Positions 10,168 through 20,107 of a stretch of DNA of 64,000 bases are shown in pieces. The DNA comes from an uncultured Bacteroidales bacterium (GTDB lineage Bacteria > Bacteroidota > Bacteroidia > Bacteroidales > P3), in the NCBI GenBank assembly GCA_944321885.1, contig CALUNB010000004.1, positions 6,847 through 70,846 on the forward strand, in the 5' to 3' direction. A program made the translations under genes and the position numbers. Under the pieces are notes generated by a model. The model was given only the letters and a program-made list of their open reading frames with translations, had not been told where the DNA came from and made no database searches. Position 1 is the first letter of the stretch. The number at the start of each line of letters is the position of its first letter.

Positions 10168-10417
10168 GGCAAATATAGCGAAAGTCGAGAGCAAAGCCAA
10201 ACAAAGTTTGAGCTTTGCCGAGACCAAGCTATATTCGCCGAAAGGCAAATAGCGAAAGTCGAGAGCAAAGCCAAACAAAGTTTGAGCTTTGATGATACAT
10301 CGAAAGCAGGCTGCATCTCGTCCATGAACGAACAAGTTCGCCCATGGAGCTCGATTTGCACTGCTTTTGCCGAGACCAAGCCATATCCGCCGGAAGGCAA
10401 ATAACGAAATCAAGAGA
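10168..10417. repeat. Composite intergenic repeat array (about 65-77 bp unit, 2 copies plus a degenerate third)
   Basis: Copy 1 is 10168..10232: ggcaaatatagcgaaagtcgagagcaaagccaaacaaagtttgagctttgccgagaccaagctat. The copy 2 left arm is 10244..10291. The copy 2 right arm (gccgagaccaagccat) is 10369..10384, separated from the left arm by about 77 nt of unrelated sequence. A degenerate third left arm is at 10396..10411. Each unit has an internal gcaaagc/gctttgc stem. Confidence 0.8.
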
Positions 10418-10418
10418 A

Positions 10419-11357
10419 CTATTCCTGCTTATGGCGGATATCAAGCCCCCACATCAGCTTTTCACGGATGGCATCGAAAAAAGTCCGTTCCGGGGGATAA
10501 AGCGTCATGAATTTGAAAGCCGCCTTGCGTATTTTGAATGACAAAGGGCCATGAAGGTCGTATACCTTGGAATCGAGCTGCAGACGGCAATCCATCTTGC
10601 CTCTTGTCTTGACCGTGATTTCCTGGTAACCTTCAATAACCAAAGGCCTCACCGTCAAGGTGTGCGACGCCATCGGCGTGATGAGGATATTGTCAGCCGA
10701 AGGAATCAGGATCGGGCCGCCGCAACTCAAGGAATACGCGGTCGAACCGGTCGGGCTGGAAAACAAGACCCCGTCGCCATAATAGGTATTCATGTATTGG
10801 CCATCCACAAAGACATCGAGCAGTATCAAGGACTCGCTGTCGCTTTTGATAACAGCGGCCTCATTGAGGGCATAAGGGAATTTGTAAGGGAAATTCCGGT
10901 CCCCGTCCATCCCGGAATCAAACTCACCGACCTCCAGGACCAGGCGGAGTTCGCGACGGAAACGTTCGATGAATCCCGGCTGGAGCATATCGGCGATTCC
11001 ATCGGCATTGATGGCGTTCAAAAAGCCCAAACGTCCGAAATTGATACCCAAGACCGGGATTCCCGAATCCTTGACCAAAGGCAAGGTGTCGAGCAGGGTC
11101 CCGTCCCCGCCCATGCATACCAGAAGGTTGATTCCTTCGGGCAGCTTGTCATCGTAAATATTATCCCGGTTTCCGTGAAGATATTCGCGCCCCAATCCGG
11201 GGAAATCGGCCTGGACCCGTGCAGCCAAATCCTTGGCAAAAAAGAAATCCACTGACTCCGCCGCTCCCCAGGCCTTCCCTATTGCTTGCAACAAGTCCGC
11301 CAATTGTTCCTGCCGGAGCAAACGGGCCGCCTTGCCGTAAAATGCCACTTTCTTCAT
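10419..11357 (-). CDS. nadK: NAD(+) kinase
   Basis: Trimmed to the ATG at 11357 (MKKVAFYGK...). The GGDGTLL motif and NFGRLGFL are present. Confidence 0.85.
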   Translation of the reverse strand: MKKVAFYGKAARLLRQEQLADLLQAIGKAWGAAESVDFFFAKDLAARVQADFPGLGREYLHGNRDNIYDDKLPEGINLLVCMGGDGTLLDTLPLVKDSGIPVLGINFGRLGFLNAINADGIADMLQPGFIERFRRELRLVLEVGEFDSGMDGDRNFPYKFPYALNEAAVIKSDSESLILLDVFVDGQYMNTYYGDGVLFSSPTGSTAYSLSCGGPILIPSADNILITPMASHTLTVRPLVIEGYQEITVKTRGKMDCRLQLDSKVYDLHGPLSFKIRKAAFKFMTLYPPERTFFDAIREKLMWGLDIRHKQE

Positions 11358-11571
11358 CCTTGTCGTGTATGTCTTCCCTTCTGTCCGCAAACTATTTTCC
11401 CGGAACAAGAGTCCCCCTGCCGAAGCGAAAAGTTTTCTTGTTACGTTTTCTTTACGAATTGCAAATATAGCATATATGTGGATTTTTCGAAACAGATTCC
11501 CGGAAGCCGCTCAAATTTATTCCAAACAGATTCTTACCTTTGCTTCTTTGCGACCCGATACATATCCTGCC

Positions 11572-12069
11572 ATGAAAGAATTCACCTTGGACTTGGGCGA
11601 GGAGATTGTGAGCGAAAAAGATATCCAAGCCATTGCCCTCCATGCACCCGGCATTCCCTCCTACCAGCTGGTCCATTACATCAACAAAAACCTGGACTGG
11701 AAGCTTTGCCACACCCAAAGATACTACCAACCAGGAATCGGCTGGGATTCGAGCTTGGAAATTTTCAGCCACGTGAACGAATTGGACCGCCTGCAATGGC
11801 TCTTGGTCAACAACCAGGACGAAAAAGGCGTTTGGATCCAAGCCGCACCCGAAGTGAACTACTGGTTGATACTGACCGGGACAGGCCTCGAATTCCACGA
11901 TATGGAAAACACGCTGGACCGCTTGGGAAAAATCCCCATCCTTTTCTACGCCTGCGCCTATCCTTGGCATCCCAAAGGGAAGAACGCGAAAAGCCGCCAG
12001 GTATTCAAACAATTCCAAGATTTTTACCTGAACATGGAGGAACAACAAATCCTCTTCCATTTCGATTAA
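11572..12069 (+). CDS. Small conserved hypothetical protein (possibly the Bacteroidota IPExxxVDY-type family; motif only approximate)
   Basis: ATG at 11572 (MKEFTLDLGEEIVSEKDIQAIALHAPG...). 165 aa, with coding-like composition. It is divergent from nadK. Confidence 0.45.
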   Translation: MKEFTLDLGEEIVSEKDIQAIALHAPGIPSYQLVHYINKNLDWKLCHTQRYYQPGIGWDSSLEIFSHVNELDRLQWLLVNNQDEKGVWIQAAPEVNYWLILTGTGLEFHDMENTLDRLGKIPILFYACAYPWHPKGKNAKSRQVFKQFQDFYLNMEEQQILFHFD

Positions 12070-12166
12070 TCCGGCACCCCCTTGGATTTACCCGGACTAC
12101 CCGTTGAATCGCGGAACGATACCGGGAAGATTTGAATCCAACACATTGCCACGAAATCCAATTGCC

Positions 12167-15100
12167 ATGAACATCCATAAGACAGGGGAAAAAAAGCCCG
12201 GGAGGGGAAACAACACCCGGAAACGGAACACATACCGGAAAGCCGGCATTGTCTGGGCATGGGGAATCCTGGTGGCCTGCCAGGCTCCGGAAACGGCCAT
12301 GGCCGGAACGGGAACACCTCTGCGGATGCAGGAAACCAATCCGATGGAAATACCGGCTTCGCCCGCCCCGGCCCGGAAGAAAAACCCGGCAAGCCAAGGC
12401 CAAACGGAAAAACTGCTCCAATTCCTTCGAGGTTTGGAGCGAATCCAAGCAAAAGAGGATGATTCCGAGCAAAAAATCATCGGAATCCTGTACCAGGAAT
12501 GTTCAAAAAGCAGCTGGACACCGCTGGAAAGAGCCTTCCTGCATTCCCTTTTGGGCCAATGCCTGTATGAATACGGTCAAAGCTTGGATTTCAATTTCGA
12601 CCATGCCGGGCTTCCCGACCTGGAAAAACCGGAGCCAAACCAAGAGGGAAAGAACCGGAAGGGAAGAGGAAGGACAACAGACCGGAAGGATTGGGCATCC
12701 CGCTTGGAATCTTCCGGGAACACCGCGCCAAATCGATGGAGCAAAACCTTTTACATCTCCGAAATAGAACGGAATTTCCGGATTTTCTTGTCTTTGGCGG
12801 AAGGTCTTGCAACTACCGGAACCAATTCCCCAGCCCCCGCTTTGACTATCCGGTTCATGGAAAGCCTTTGTGTCCACGACAGCCTTTTCCCCTACCCGGA
12901 CTATCCTGCCGACCCGGTTTCCCTTCTTTACGAACGAGCCTGCCGGATTCCCGCCCAAGCCCGAAACCGGGGATTCGGGTCCTACGAAGATCTGATTGAA
13001 ATGGCCTTCGCCCAATGGAAGCGGCATCTTTCAAGCTTGGAAGAGCTGGAAAGGCAGGAAGGAACGCAGGCGGCTTTTCTGTTTCCGGCACAGGCGGCCT
13101 TGCTCGATTGGGAAATCCGAAATCTGAACTACCGGTATCGTTCGGGGCGTATCGAAAGCCCGGCCTTCCAGGACTCCCTCCGGGCTTTGCTTGCCCGTTT
13201 CCCGGACTTGCCGAACACCGGCGACCTCCATTATCTGCTGGCTTTGGAACTTCGCGACATCCATCCGGCCCAAGCCGGGGAACAAGCCCGGGAAGCCCTC
13301 CGTTTCCCCGGTAGCTGGGGCGGAAAACAAGCCCCGGGATTCATCCGGAGCCTGTTGCAACCATTCTGGAGCCTCGACATGGCCAGTGTCCAATTGCCCG
13401 GCCATCCGGTCTTGCTGCAATTGACAGAAAAGAATTGCGCCTCGATAGAATACGAGATTTTCAAATTGAGCGAAGAGGATGTCCGCGCCTACATAGCTTC
13501 CCCCGGACGGGAATCTTTTTGGGTCGAACATATCCTGCGCCCCCAGCGGAAAGCCTGGAAACAAGGCCGTTGGGATTTGACATTGACCGAACCCGAAGGG
13601 AAACAAACCGAGGGGAAACGAGCCGGTTCGTCACCAAAGGCTTCCCAAGCGGACTGGGATGACGGAAGCTTAGTATCCCGCAACGGGACAATCCACCTAC
13701 CGGCGTTGGAAAGAGGAGCTTACTTGCTCTGCACCCGTTTGGGCTCAATCCGCTGCCAAGGCGGGAATCCCCGAGCCGACTCCCTTTACCGCTGTACCCA
13801 CCCCAATCCCCCGGTCCTCAATTTCTTCCAAGTTTCCAATATCGGATTCCTCTGCCACGCAGGCTTTTCCGGCCCGGAAACCTGGGAAGGGGACATCTTG
13901 GGCCGTGAAAAAGGGGAAGCCCTTCCCGATGTCCGCATCGATGCCTACCAACAAATTGAAAAGGAGAATTTCTCCGAACCCACGGGCAGATTCCCACGGA
14001 AACGGGAACTCCGGTGGACCTGCGGAACCCGGAGCGATACGGAGGGGCATTTCCTCCTGGCTCCACCGATGGAAGAAAACAGCCGGATTTGCTTGCATCT
14101 GCGTTTTTGCTGCGGCAAGGACACGCTTTGGACCGGACCAGGGCAGGAAATCTGGCTGGAAAAATACGGGCAGCCCGTGTCCCCCGACACCAACGAAGCT
14201 TGGAGCCGGGCCTGGAACATTTTCTTTTTCCCCGAATTGCCGGTCTACCGTCCGGGGGATTCCGTCCTCATCAAGGCCTTGGTGGTGGGCGACACCCGGA
14301 CAAACCGCAACCCGACGAACCCAGGCGGTACTTTCGGACTTTTCGCCTCCGGGACAAGGCAGGTGAACGGCCTGATAGATGGTCGCCAGCTTCCCCTTTT
14401 GGAATTCCGGCTTCGCGACCCGGAAGGAAAGCTCCAAAACCGTTTCAAAGCCCGGCCTGATTCGGCAGGATACTGCGAAATCGGCTTCGCCCTACCCTCC
14501 GGCGCACAAGCCGGTTATTGGATTCTCGAAGCCGACAAATCGCTGGGTTCTTGTTACTTTGAAATCGAAAATTACAAACGCCCTGCCTTCGGAATCCAAT
14601 GGACCCACCTGCCTGTCCCGAGCCGGACCGACAGCCTGCAAGCCGAGGGCCAAGCGGCATACCTGAGCGGGGAAAAATTGGTTTCCCAAACGGTTTCCTA
14701 CCGGATTTACAAGGTTTCATATCCGCTTTGGCTGAACCGGAAACCCGGCGGACCGGCTTACGGAACAGGATACCGCGCCCAAGATCAGGAACTTTGGGCG
14801 CAAGGCCGCTGCCGGACCGATGCCCTGGGCCGCTTCCGGATCCGGTTCAAGCATGACACTTCCCTCCTTTCCAAAGCCTTGCGTCCCGGCTGGGTCCAAG
14901 GTTTCGAAATTGTCTGCCAAATCACCGATGCCGGAGGAGAAACCCAATCGGTTTCGGCCTGGATTCCTTTGCTTTCCAAACCTTCCGTGGAAGCCCGGAT
15001 TCCCCGCCACCTGATTATCGACAAGGAGTCCCGCTGGTTCGGGGATGAAGGGATTTTGAAATTCCAGCTCAGCGGGGAGGCAAACGATTCGCTTTGGGCG

Positions 15101-18100
15101 CGAAAAGATGCCCGGATTGAACTGTATCGAATAGAAGACAGCGTGGAAAATTCACCTTTCGCCCCCAGCCTCTGCGAACCCGGCAATCCGACCGTTTCCA
15201 CCCACTACCTGCCTTTGGCGCAATTCAAGGCCCTGTTTCCGGACGAAGCCTGGTTCTCGCCCCGCGAAAGGGACAGTTTGGCCCGTTGGATACCGGTAAG
15301 CCTCGATTCCTGCCAAGCCAAAAGCCTGAGGGAAAAGGGCGTGCTGATGCTTTCCACTGCCTTGGCATCGGGATGTTACGAATGCAGGCTTTACTTACGA
15401 CCGGAAGAAGGCCGGAACATTGCCGCTGAGGAAGGTACGGAAATCCCAAAAGGGTTCCAAGGAGCCAATGGAAAGGAAGTTGCCCTGTACGATGCCCAAG
15501 GCCGGGAGCTGTGTTACCGGGAACGTTTCTTCGTCTTGCGGGAAACCTGCCCCGTGGGTTCCGGCATAAAAAACGAGGGGTTCTTTATCCAAGCCGGGAC
15601 GATTCGGGAAACGGAATCTTTAAGGGAAACTGAATCTTTGAGGGAAACAACGTCGCTTCAAACCACGCGGAAAGGGTCAGACATGGATTCGAAGCAAGGG
15701 AGGGAAACCACCCCGGTTTTGAACCTGGCTGCCGGGAACCCCTCTTCTTACCCCCTCCGTTACCTCATCGAAATCGAAGACATCGACCAGAATGTCCTTA
15801 GGCTCGATACCCTGCTCGCCCCCGGTTTCCACATTTTGGAAATCCCTGTCCAACAACTTAACCGACAGGGGCATTGGAGCGGAATGGCTTTCTGCGGACT
15901 TCAAAACCATTTTTACCACCACATTTTCCATATAGAAAACGCCTTCGACAAAAATATCCCGTTAACGATTTGCCCTGCGGACAGTATTTTGGTGCCCGGT
16001 AAGGAAAGTAGCATCGGATTCCGTGCAGGTACCATTCCTGGGAAGAAGCAAATTTCAATGGGCAAGGATTTTGCGTCCAAGGAAAACGAGACTGTTTATT
16101 TGATTGCCGGCATGTACGATGCCTCTTTGGAAACCTTTGTCCAAGACGATAGGGTTTGGCCGTTCCAATCCTCCTACAAGGACGGAAAAGCCTTTTTCAG
16201 GCCTTCGGCCTTGTTACCGCCCTATGCCTGGCCGGATTTCTTCCGAGGCGCGCCGAGGATAGGGGACAGCCGTTCCCATGCCAATTCATCAAACCACATC
16301 AAACACGGGCTCAATTCCTTCCAGCAATCCTACCCTGCTTATCCTTTCCGTTTGCGCTGGCAAGGTTTCTCCCAATCCCGTTATCCGGTTTGGAATGGAT
16401 TAAGCATGTCCGCCCCGGCGGAGGCCCGTGCCAACCTCCTTTACAAAGGTTCTGAAAGCATAAGTGCCGAGGGGGCCCTTGCCGCGAGCCTGGACGAAGC
16501 CATGGATCAAAACATATCGGCAGCGACTTCGGAAACCGGACAGGCAAATACCTGGAATACCCCGCTGCGCCGGGATTTCAACCCTCGGGTCTTTTTCCGT
16601 TTGATACGTTGCCATAGGGTTAACCAAGGGGTAAGGGAATCCCTAACTGGCGTTTCGCAGAACGAACACGAGGGAACCAGCCACGAAAAAGGAGGGGCCA
16701 AAAAGGAGGGTAAAAACAGAGAAACACACTCTCCAATAGACGAATACGAAGCCTTTATCCGCTTCCAAGCTCCGGATTATCCCGGCAAATTCAAACTCCG
16801 GGCCTTTGCCTTCACGCCCGGATTGGAAGCCGGATATACCGAGGCATATATCCAAGCACAGCAGGATTTTACGCTGCTTCCGCAAACGCCCCGTCTGTTG
16901 CGCCAAGAAGACTCCCTGCATTTGTCCTGCCGTTACTTGCTGAGCGAAAGCCTTCAGAACCGGCTCGCTGGACTGTATCCAAAGGGAAACGGGATGGAAA
17001 GAAGAACGAACCCGGAGGACGGAATGGAAACCGCCGAGCAAAATCCGAGGACATCCGCCAACCTCGACACAGAGGTCCCCGGCAAGCAAAACTTGAGAAT
17101 CTCCGGTAATTCCGATATGGAAACAACCGATGCCTCGAATCCGGAAACGACCGGTACCCCAGCCCCAAAGGCAAGCAAGGTTCCCAATCAGGAATCCAAC
17201 AAAAATCCGGAAATAAAAGATTTGGCTATAGAGTTCCTCATCGAAATCCGGAGCATCCCGGAAGAGGAGAATCCCGACCCGGATTCCTGTCCGCCCCCCC
17301 ATCCGGACTCCCTGCGAAAGAACGCCCAAGGCTACAAGCAACTTTCGGAAGACGAGCACTCCCTCCGGACGAACAAGCAGGAAATTGTTTTCCACCAAAG
17401 ACTTGAAATCCCGCTCCAACAAGTCCAGGCCGCTGTGGAAATCCCGTTCCGGGTCCCGGCAGATGCCGCCAAGATAGCATGCCTGTACCAAGCCCGGATC
17501 CGGGACCGGGAGGGCCAAATCCTTGCTTCCGATGCCGTAAGCGACAGCATTCCCGTACTGTCGAACCGCCATGCCTTGCACGAAAGCCGCAATTTTTTCC
17601 TGCGTCCGGGCCAAAAGAAAACGTTGCCGCTTGGCTTCCCGACAGAGACCGGACGTGTGGAACTAAGGTTCCATACTGCTTGCCCGCAAGAAATCCTTTC
17701 CTGGATTCAAACGGACGAAACAGAGAGGGAAAATCCAGCAGCAAGCGCCAAGACGTCCTACGATGCCGCTTGGGAGATAGCCGCCTGCCTGCATACAGGA
17801 AAGGATTGGAAACCGGCCGGGAAGCATTTGGCAAGTTTTGCCCGGGAAGACGGCGGTTTCAGCTGGACCCCCACCGGTTCCAGCGACCTTTTCATCAGTT
17901 TGCAAATCCTGAAACTCCTGTCCGGGATGCCGTTGGAAGAAATCTTGGCCGAACCTGCCATGGACAAGGCGCTGGAACGGGCTTTCCTCTTCGTTTGCCG
18001 TGAAATGCTGGCAGCTTACCAAAAGGACAGCTTGGCAACGGACCTCCAAGAAAAACTGCTTTTCCTCTGCGTATACTCCCATTTCGGAAGACACTTCCTG

Positions 18101-19357
18101 GATTTCCACGACACCAATACGTTTACCTATCAGAAAATGTGCTCTTTCTACCGGGAAAAGGCTTGGAACGACCGCTCCGGTTCAAGCCTGAAGGAACAGG
18201 CGTGGCTGTTGCGGCATCTCAACTTGGAGGAAACCCAAGCCGGGAGATTGGGAAGCGAGGGAGCGCCACTCCTTCAAAAACAGATTCAAAGCCTTCTGAA
18301 TCATTGGAATGATTTGGCCCTGTACAGCGAAGGAACGGGGCTTTATTGGAAACGGGAAACCTTGGGACGGAATATCGCCGAACGTTGCCTTAGCATGGCT
18401 GAAATCGGGAAAGCCTATCTCTCAGCGGCCATGAACCCAAGTCGAAACCCTGCCTCCGCCGATTCCTTGAGAAACTGTTATCAAGAAATCTGCCATTGGG
18501 TCTTCTGCCAACAGCAAAGTTTGGATTTGAGTGGAAACCTGAGCGGAAAAGCCGGGAAAATCGCCTTGGCCGATTTGATGCATCCTTTGGCGGAAGACCT
18601 CCGGGGCAATCAAGACGATTCCGCCATCCTCTCCACGCTAAAGGATTCCGGAAACATGCCCTGTTTCCAATGGAAAAACCAAAAGATTTGCGTGGACACG
18701 CTTCCTTTCCTCCATGTTTCCAGCCGGGAACAAGGTACGTTGGCCCGGAATTCCAATTTGCAAATCGATTGGCAGGAAAAGAGCGTCCGGACAAAAGAGG
18801 GTGTTCCAACGGAACACGAACCTAAACACAAAAGGGACAAAAACTTACACTCGAATCCAAAAGTGGCCGGTTTCGGCAGCATCATAGCCTTTTACAGCCT
18901 GCCGACGGAGCAAATCCGGGCTATCGGGAGCGATGAACTCCGCATTCGCCGGTTCTACACCTCCGATGACATTCATTCCCAAGAGATTCCCCATTGGAAA
19001 ACTTCCGGGAAAAATCCCTGTTTCGCGCTCGGCAGCCGGGTCCAAGTGGTTTTGGAAATCGAAGCCGGACGGGATTTCAGCCATGTACACCTGCGCACGC
19101 TCCGCCCGGCAGGTTTGGATTGGAGCGACACCCAATCGGGCTACCAAAGCCAAAACGGACTGTGGTTCTACAAGGACGTGGACGATGCGGGAACGGACTA
19201 TTTCTTCGAATACCTTCCCCAAGGAATCTATCGGATTGTCTATGAACTGAAAGCCGACACCCAAGGCGTATTCTCGGACGGCCCGGCTTGGATTGAAAGC
19301 ACCTTCAACCCGGGTTTCGGAAGCCGCACGGAGGCGGGGAAAATGGAAGTGAGATAG
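12167..19357 (+). CDS. Alpha-2-macroglobulin-family (MG-domain) protein, probable lipoprotein, thioester-less
   Basis: A single open frame of about 7.2 kb. The first ATG is at 12167; the ORF-track start at 12104 is a TTG. A lipobox-like motif is present (...GIVWAWGILVAC). MG-domain hallmark EIENYKRPAFGIQW. The TED-like segment reads REDGGFSWTPTGSSDLFISLQILKLL. The C-terminal receptor-like end reads FYKDVDDAGTDYFFEYLPQGIYRIVYELKADTQGVFSDGPAWIESTFNPGFGSRTE. No CxEQ thioester motif was found. Confidence 0.75.
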   Translation: MNIHKTGEKKPGRGNNTRKRNTYRKAGIVWAWGILVACQAPETAMAGTGTPLRMQETNPMEIPASPAPARKKNPASQGQTEKLLQFLRGLERIQAKEDDSEQKIIGILYQECSKSSWTPLERAFLHSLLGQCLYEYGQSLDFNFDHAGLPDLEKPEPNQEGKNRKGRGRTTDRKDWASRLESSGNTAPNRWSKTFYISEIERNFRIFLSLAEGLATTGTNSPAPALTIRFMESLCVHDSLFPYPDYPADPVSLLYERACRIPAQARNRGFGSYEDLIEMAFAQWKRHLSSLEELERQEGTQAAFLFPAQAALLDWEIRNLNYRYRSGRIESPAFQDSLRALLARFPDLPNTGDLHYLLALELRDIHPAQAGEQAREALRFPGSWGGKQAPGFIRSLLQPFWSLDMASVQLPGHPVLLQLTEKNCASIEYEIFKLSEEDVRAYIASPGRESFWVEHILRPQRKAWKQGRWDLTLTEPEGKQTEGKRAGSSPKASQADWDDGSLVSRNGTIHLPALERGAYLLCTRLGSIRCQGGNPRADSLYRCTHPNPPVLNFFQVSNIGFLCHAGFSGPETWEGDILGREKGEALPDVRIDAYQQIEKENFSEPTGRFPRKRELRWTCGTRSDTEGHFLLAPPMEENSRICLHLRFCCGKDTLWTGPGQEIWLEKYGQPVSPDTNEAWSRAWNIFFFPELPVYRPGDSVLIKALVVGDTRTNRNPTNPGGTFGLFASGTRQVNGLIDGRQLPLLEFRLRDPEGKLQNRFKARPDSAGYCEIGFALPSGAQAGYWILEADKSLGSCYFEIENYKRPAFGIQWTHLPVPSRTDSLQAEGQAAYLSGEKLVSQTVSYRIYKVSYPLWLNRKPGGPAYGTGYRAQDQELWAQGRCRTDALGRFRIRFKHDTSLLSKALRPGWVQGFEIVCQITDAGGETQSVSAWIPLLSKPSVEARIPRHLIIDKESRWFGDEGILKFQLSGEANDSLWARKDARIELYRIEDSVENSPFAPSLCEPGNPTVSTHYLPLAQFKALFPDEAWFSPRERDSLARWIPVSLDSCQAKSLREKGVLMLSTALASGCYECRLYLRPEEGRNIAAEEGTEIPKGFQGANGKEVALYDAQGRELCYRERFFVLRETCPVGSGIKNEGFFIQAGTIRETESLRETESLRETTSLQTTRKGSDMDSKQGRETTPVLNLAAGNPSSYPLRYLIEIEDIDQNVLRLDTLLAPGFHILEIPVQQLNRQGHWSGMAFCGLQNHFYHHIFHIENAFDKNIPLTICPADSILVPGKESSIGFRAGTIPGKKQISMGKDFASKENETVYLIAGMYDASLETFVQDDRVWPFQSSYKDGKAFFRPSALLPPYAWPDFFRGAPRIGDSRSHANSSNHIKHGLNSFQQSYPAYPFRLRWQGFSQSRYPVWNGLSMSAPAEARANLLYKGSESISAEGALAASLDEAMDQNISAATSETGQANTWNTPLRRDFNPRVFFRLIRCHRVNQGVRESLTGVSQNEHEGTSHEKGGAKKEGKNRETHSPIDEYEAFIRFQAPDYPGKFKLRAFAFTPGLEAGYTEAYIQAQQDFTLLPQTPRLLRQEDSLHLSCRYLLSESLQNRLAGLYPKGNGMERRTNPEDGMETAEQNPRTSANLDTEVPGKQNLRISGNSDMETTDASNPETTGTPAPKASKVPNQESNKNPEIKDLAIEFLIEIRSIPEEENPDPDSCPPPHPDSLRKNAQGYKQLSEDEHSLRTNKQEIVFHQRLEIPLQQVQAAVEIPFRVPADAAKIACLYQARIRDREGQILASDAVSDSIPVLSNRHALHESRNFFLRPGQKKTLPLGFPTETGRVELRFHTACPQEILSWIQTDETERENPAASAKTSYDAAWEIAACLHTGKDWKPAGKHLASFAREDGGFSWTPTGSSDLFISLQILKLLSGMPLEEILAEPAMDKALERAFLFVCREMLAAYQKDSLATDLQEKLLFLCVYSHFGRHFLDFHDTNTFTYQKMCSFYREKAWNDRSGSSLKEQAWLLRHLNLEETQAGRLGSEGAPLLQKQIQSLLNHWNDLALYSEGTGLYWKRETLGRNIAERCLSMAEIGKAYLSAAMNPSRNPASADSLRNCYQEICHWVFCQQQSLDLSGNLSGKAGKIALADLMHPLAEDLRGNQDDSAILSTLKDSGNMPCFQWKNQKICVDTLPFLHVSSREQGTLARNSNLQIDWQEKSVRTKEGVPTEHEPKHKRDKNLHSNPKVAGFGSIIAFYSLPTEQIRAIGSDELRIRRFYTSDDIHSQEIPHWKTSGKNPCFALGSRVQVVLEIEAGRDFSHVHLRTLRPAGLDWSDTQSGYQSQNGLWFYKDVDDAGTDYFFEYLPQGIYRIVYELKADTQGVFSDGPAWIESTFNPGFGSRTEAGKMEVR
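15605..15658 (+). repeat. In-frame 18-bp tandem repeat x3 inside the A2M-family gene
   Basis: The three units are cgggaaacggaatcttta / agggaaactgaatctttg / agggaaacaacgtcgctt. They encode RETESL-RETESL-RETTSL. Confidence 0.85.
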
Positions 19358-19477
19358 GCCACGCGCGTAAATTTTCCGTATTTTCGCCGCCCACGAGAGA
19401 GCATGTGCAATAAATGAGCAAGGTTGCAAAATACCTGTTACGGTCCGCCGTGCATTCTCCTTAAAAACCGGACATAC

Positions 19478-20107
19478 ATGGTCGCCATTCAAAACACTTT
19501 GGTCTCGGACGAGGTTTTTACCGAGCATTTTTGTTGCAACTTGCAGAAATGCAAAGGCTGCTGCTGCATCGAAGGGGATGCCGGCGCCCCCTTGGAAAAA
19601 GAAGAAATCCCCCTGCTGGAAAAATACTATCCGGTTTTCAAGCAATACATGAGCCCCGAAGGCCGGGCCGTGGTGGAAGGCTCGAAAACCGGCCTTCCCT
19701 TAGAAACCGGGCACCCGGAGGGCGGACTTAAACTTTACGAAGTTTTTCCGTTGGACAACAGCCTCTTGACCCCCTTGGTCAAAGGGAAGGACTGCGTTTA
19801 CCTGACCCCTCCCGGGGAAGACGGCATCGCCTACTGTGCCATCGAAAAGGCGTTCCGGGAAGGAAAAATCCCGTTCCGTAAACCGGTTTCCTGCGCCCTT
19901 TTCCCCATCCGGGTCCAACACTTCCCCGAATACGACGCGCTCAACTATTTCCACTGGGAAATTTGCCGCGATGCTGAAACCTTAGGCCGCCGCAAAGGCA
20001 TCCCGGTCTTCCGTTTCCTCCAAGGCCCTTTGACCGAAACCTATGGCCCGGAATGGTTCCAAGAAGCCGAAGCCGTTTACCAAGCCGTCTTCCAAGCCAA
20101 GAAATGA
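19478..20107 (+). CDS. DUF3109 family protein
   Basis: ATG at 19478 (MVAIQNTLVSDEVFTEHFCCNLQKCKGCCCIEGDAGAPL). The Cys-rich N-terminus is typical of DUF3109. Confidence 0.8.
   Translation: MVAIQNTLVSDEVFTEHFCCNLQKCKGCCCIEGDAGAPLEKEEIPLLEKYYPVFKQYMSPEGRAVVEGSKTGLPLETGHPEGGLKLYEVFPLDNSLLTPLVKGKDCVYLTPPGEDGIAYCAIEKAFREGKIPFRKPVSCALFPIRVQHFPEYDALNYFHWEICRDAETLGRRKGIPVFRFLQGPLTETYGPEWFQEAEAVYQAVFQAKK

Noticed and set aside
10168-10417. Possible CRISPR array
   Set aside because: Only two to three copies are present, with irregular spacing. The units have long conserved asymmetric arms rather than short identical repeats with unique spacers. No cas genes are in the window.
9272-11408. N-terminal extensions of uppS (to 9520), the DUF6089-like gene (to 10400) and nadK (to 11408) given by the ORF track
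   Set aside because: The extensions lack family similarity and run into the upstream gene or into repeat DNA. Internal ATGs give canonical N-termini (MSADIPIRTDKVPRHVAIIMDG; signal peptide MKRMDMLGRV...; MKKVAFYG).
12167-19357. Thioester-containing A2M paired with PBP1c
   Set aside because: No CxEQ motif was found on reading the TED-proximal region, and no pbpC-like gene is adjacent. It is therefore called a thioester-less family member.
12005-19645. Many 60-320-aa minus-strand ORFs overlapping the giant A2M-family gene (for example 16643..17614, 18845..19645)
   Set aside because: All are nested antisense or out of frame within one uninterrupted 7.2-kb ORF that carries family hallmarks at both ends. 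Their composition is low-complexity Arg/Gly/Pro, consistent with GC-driven spurious frames.
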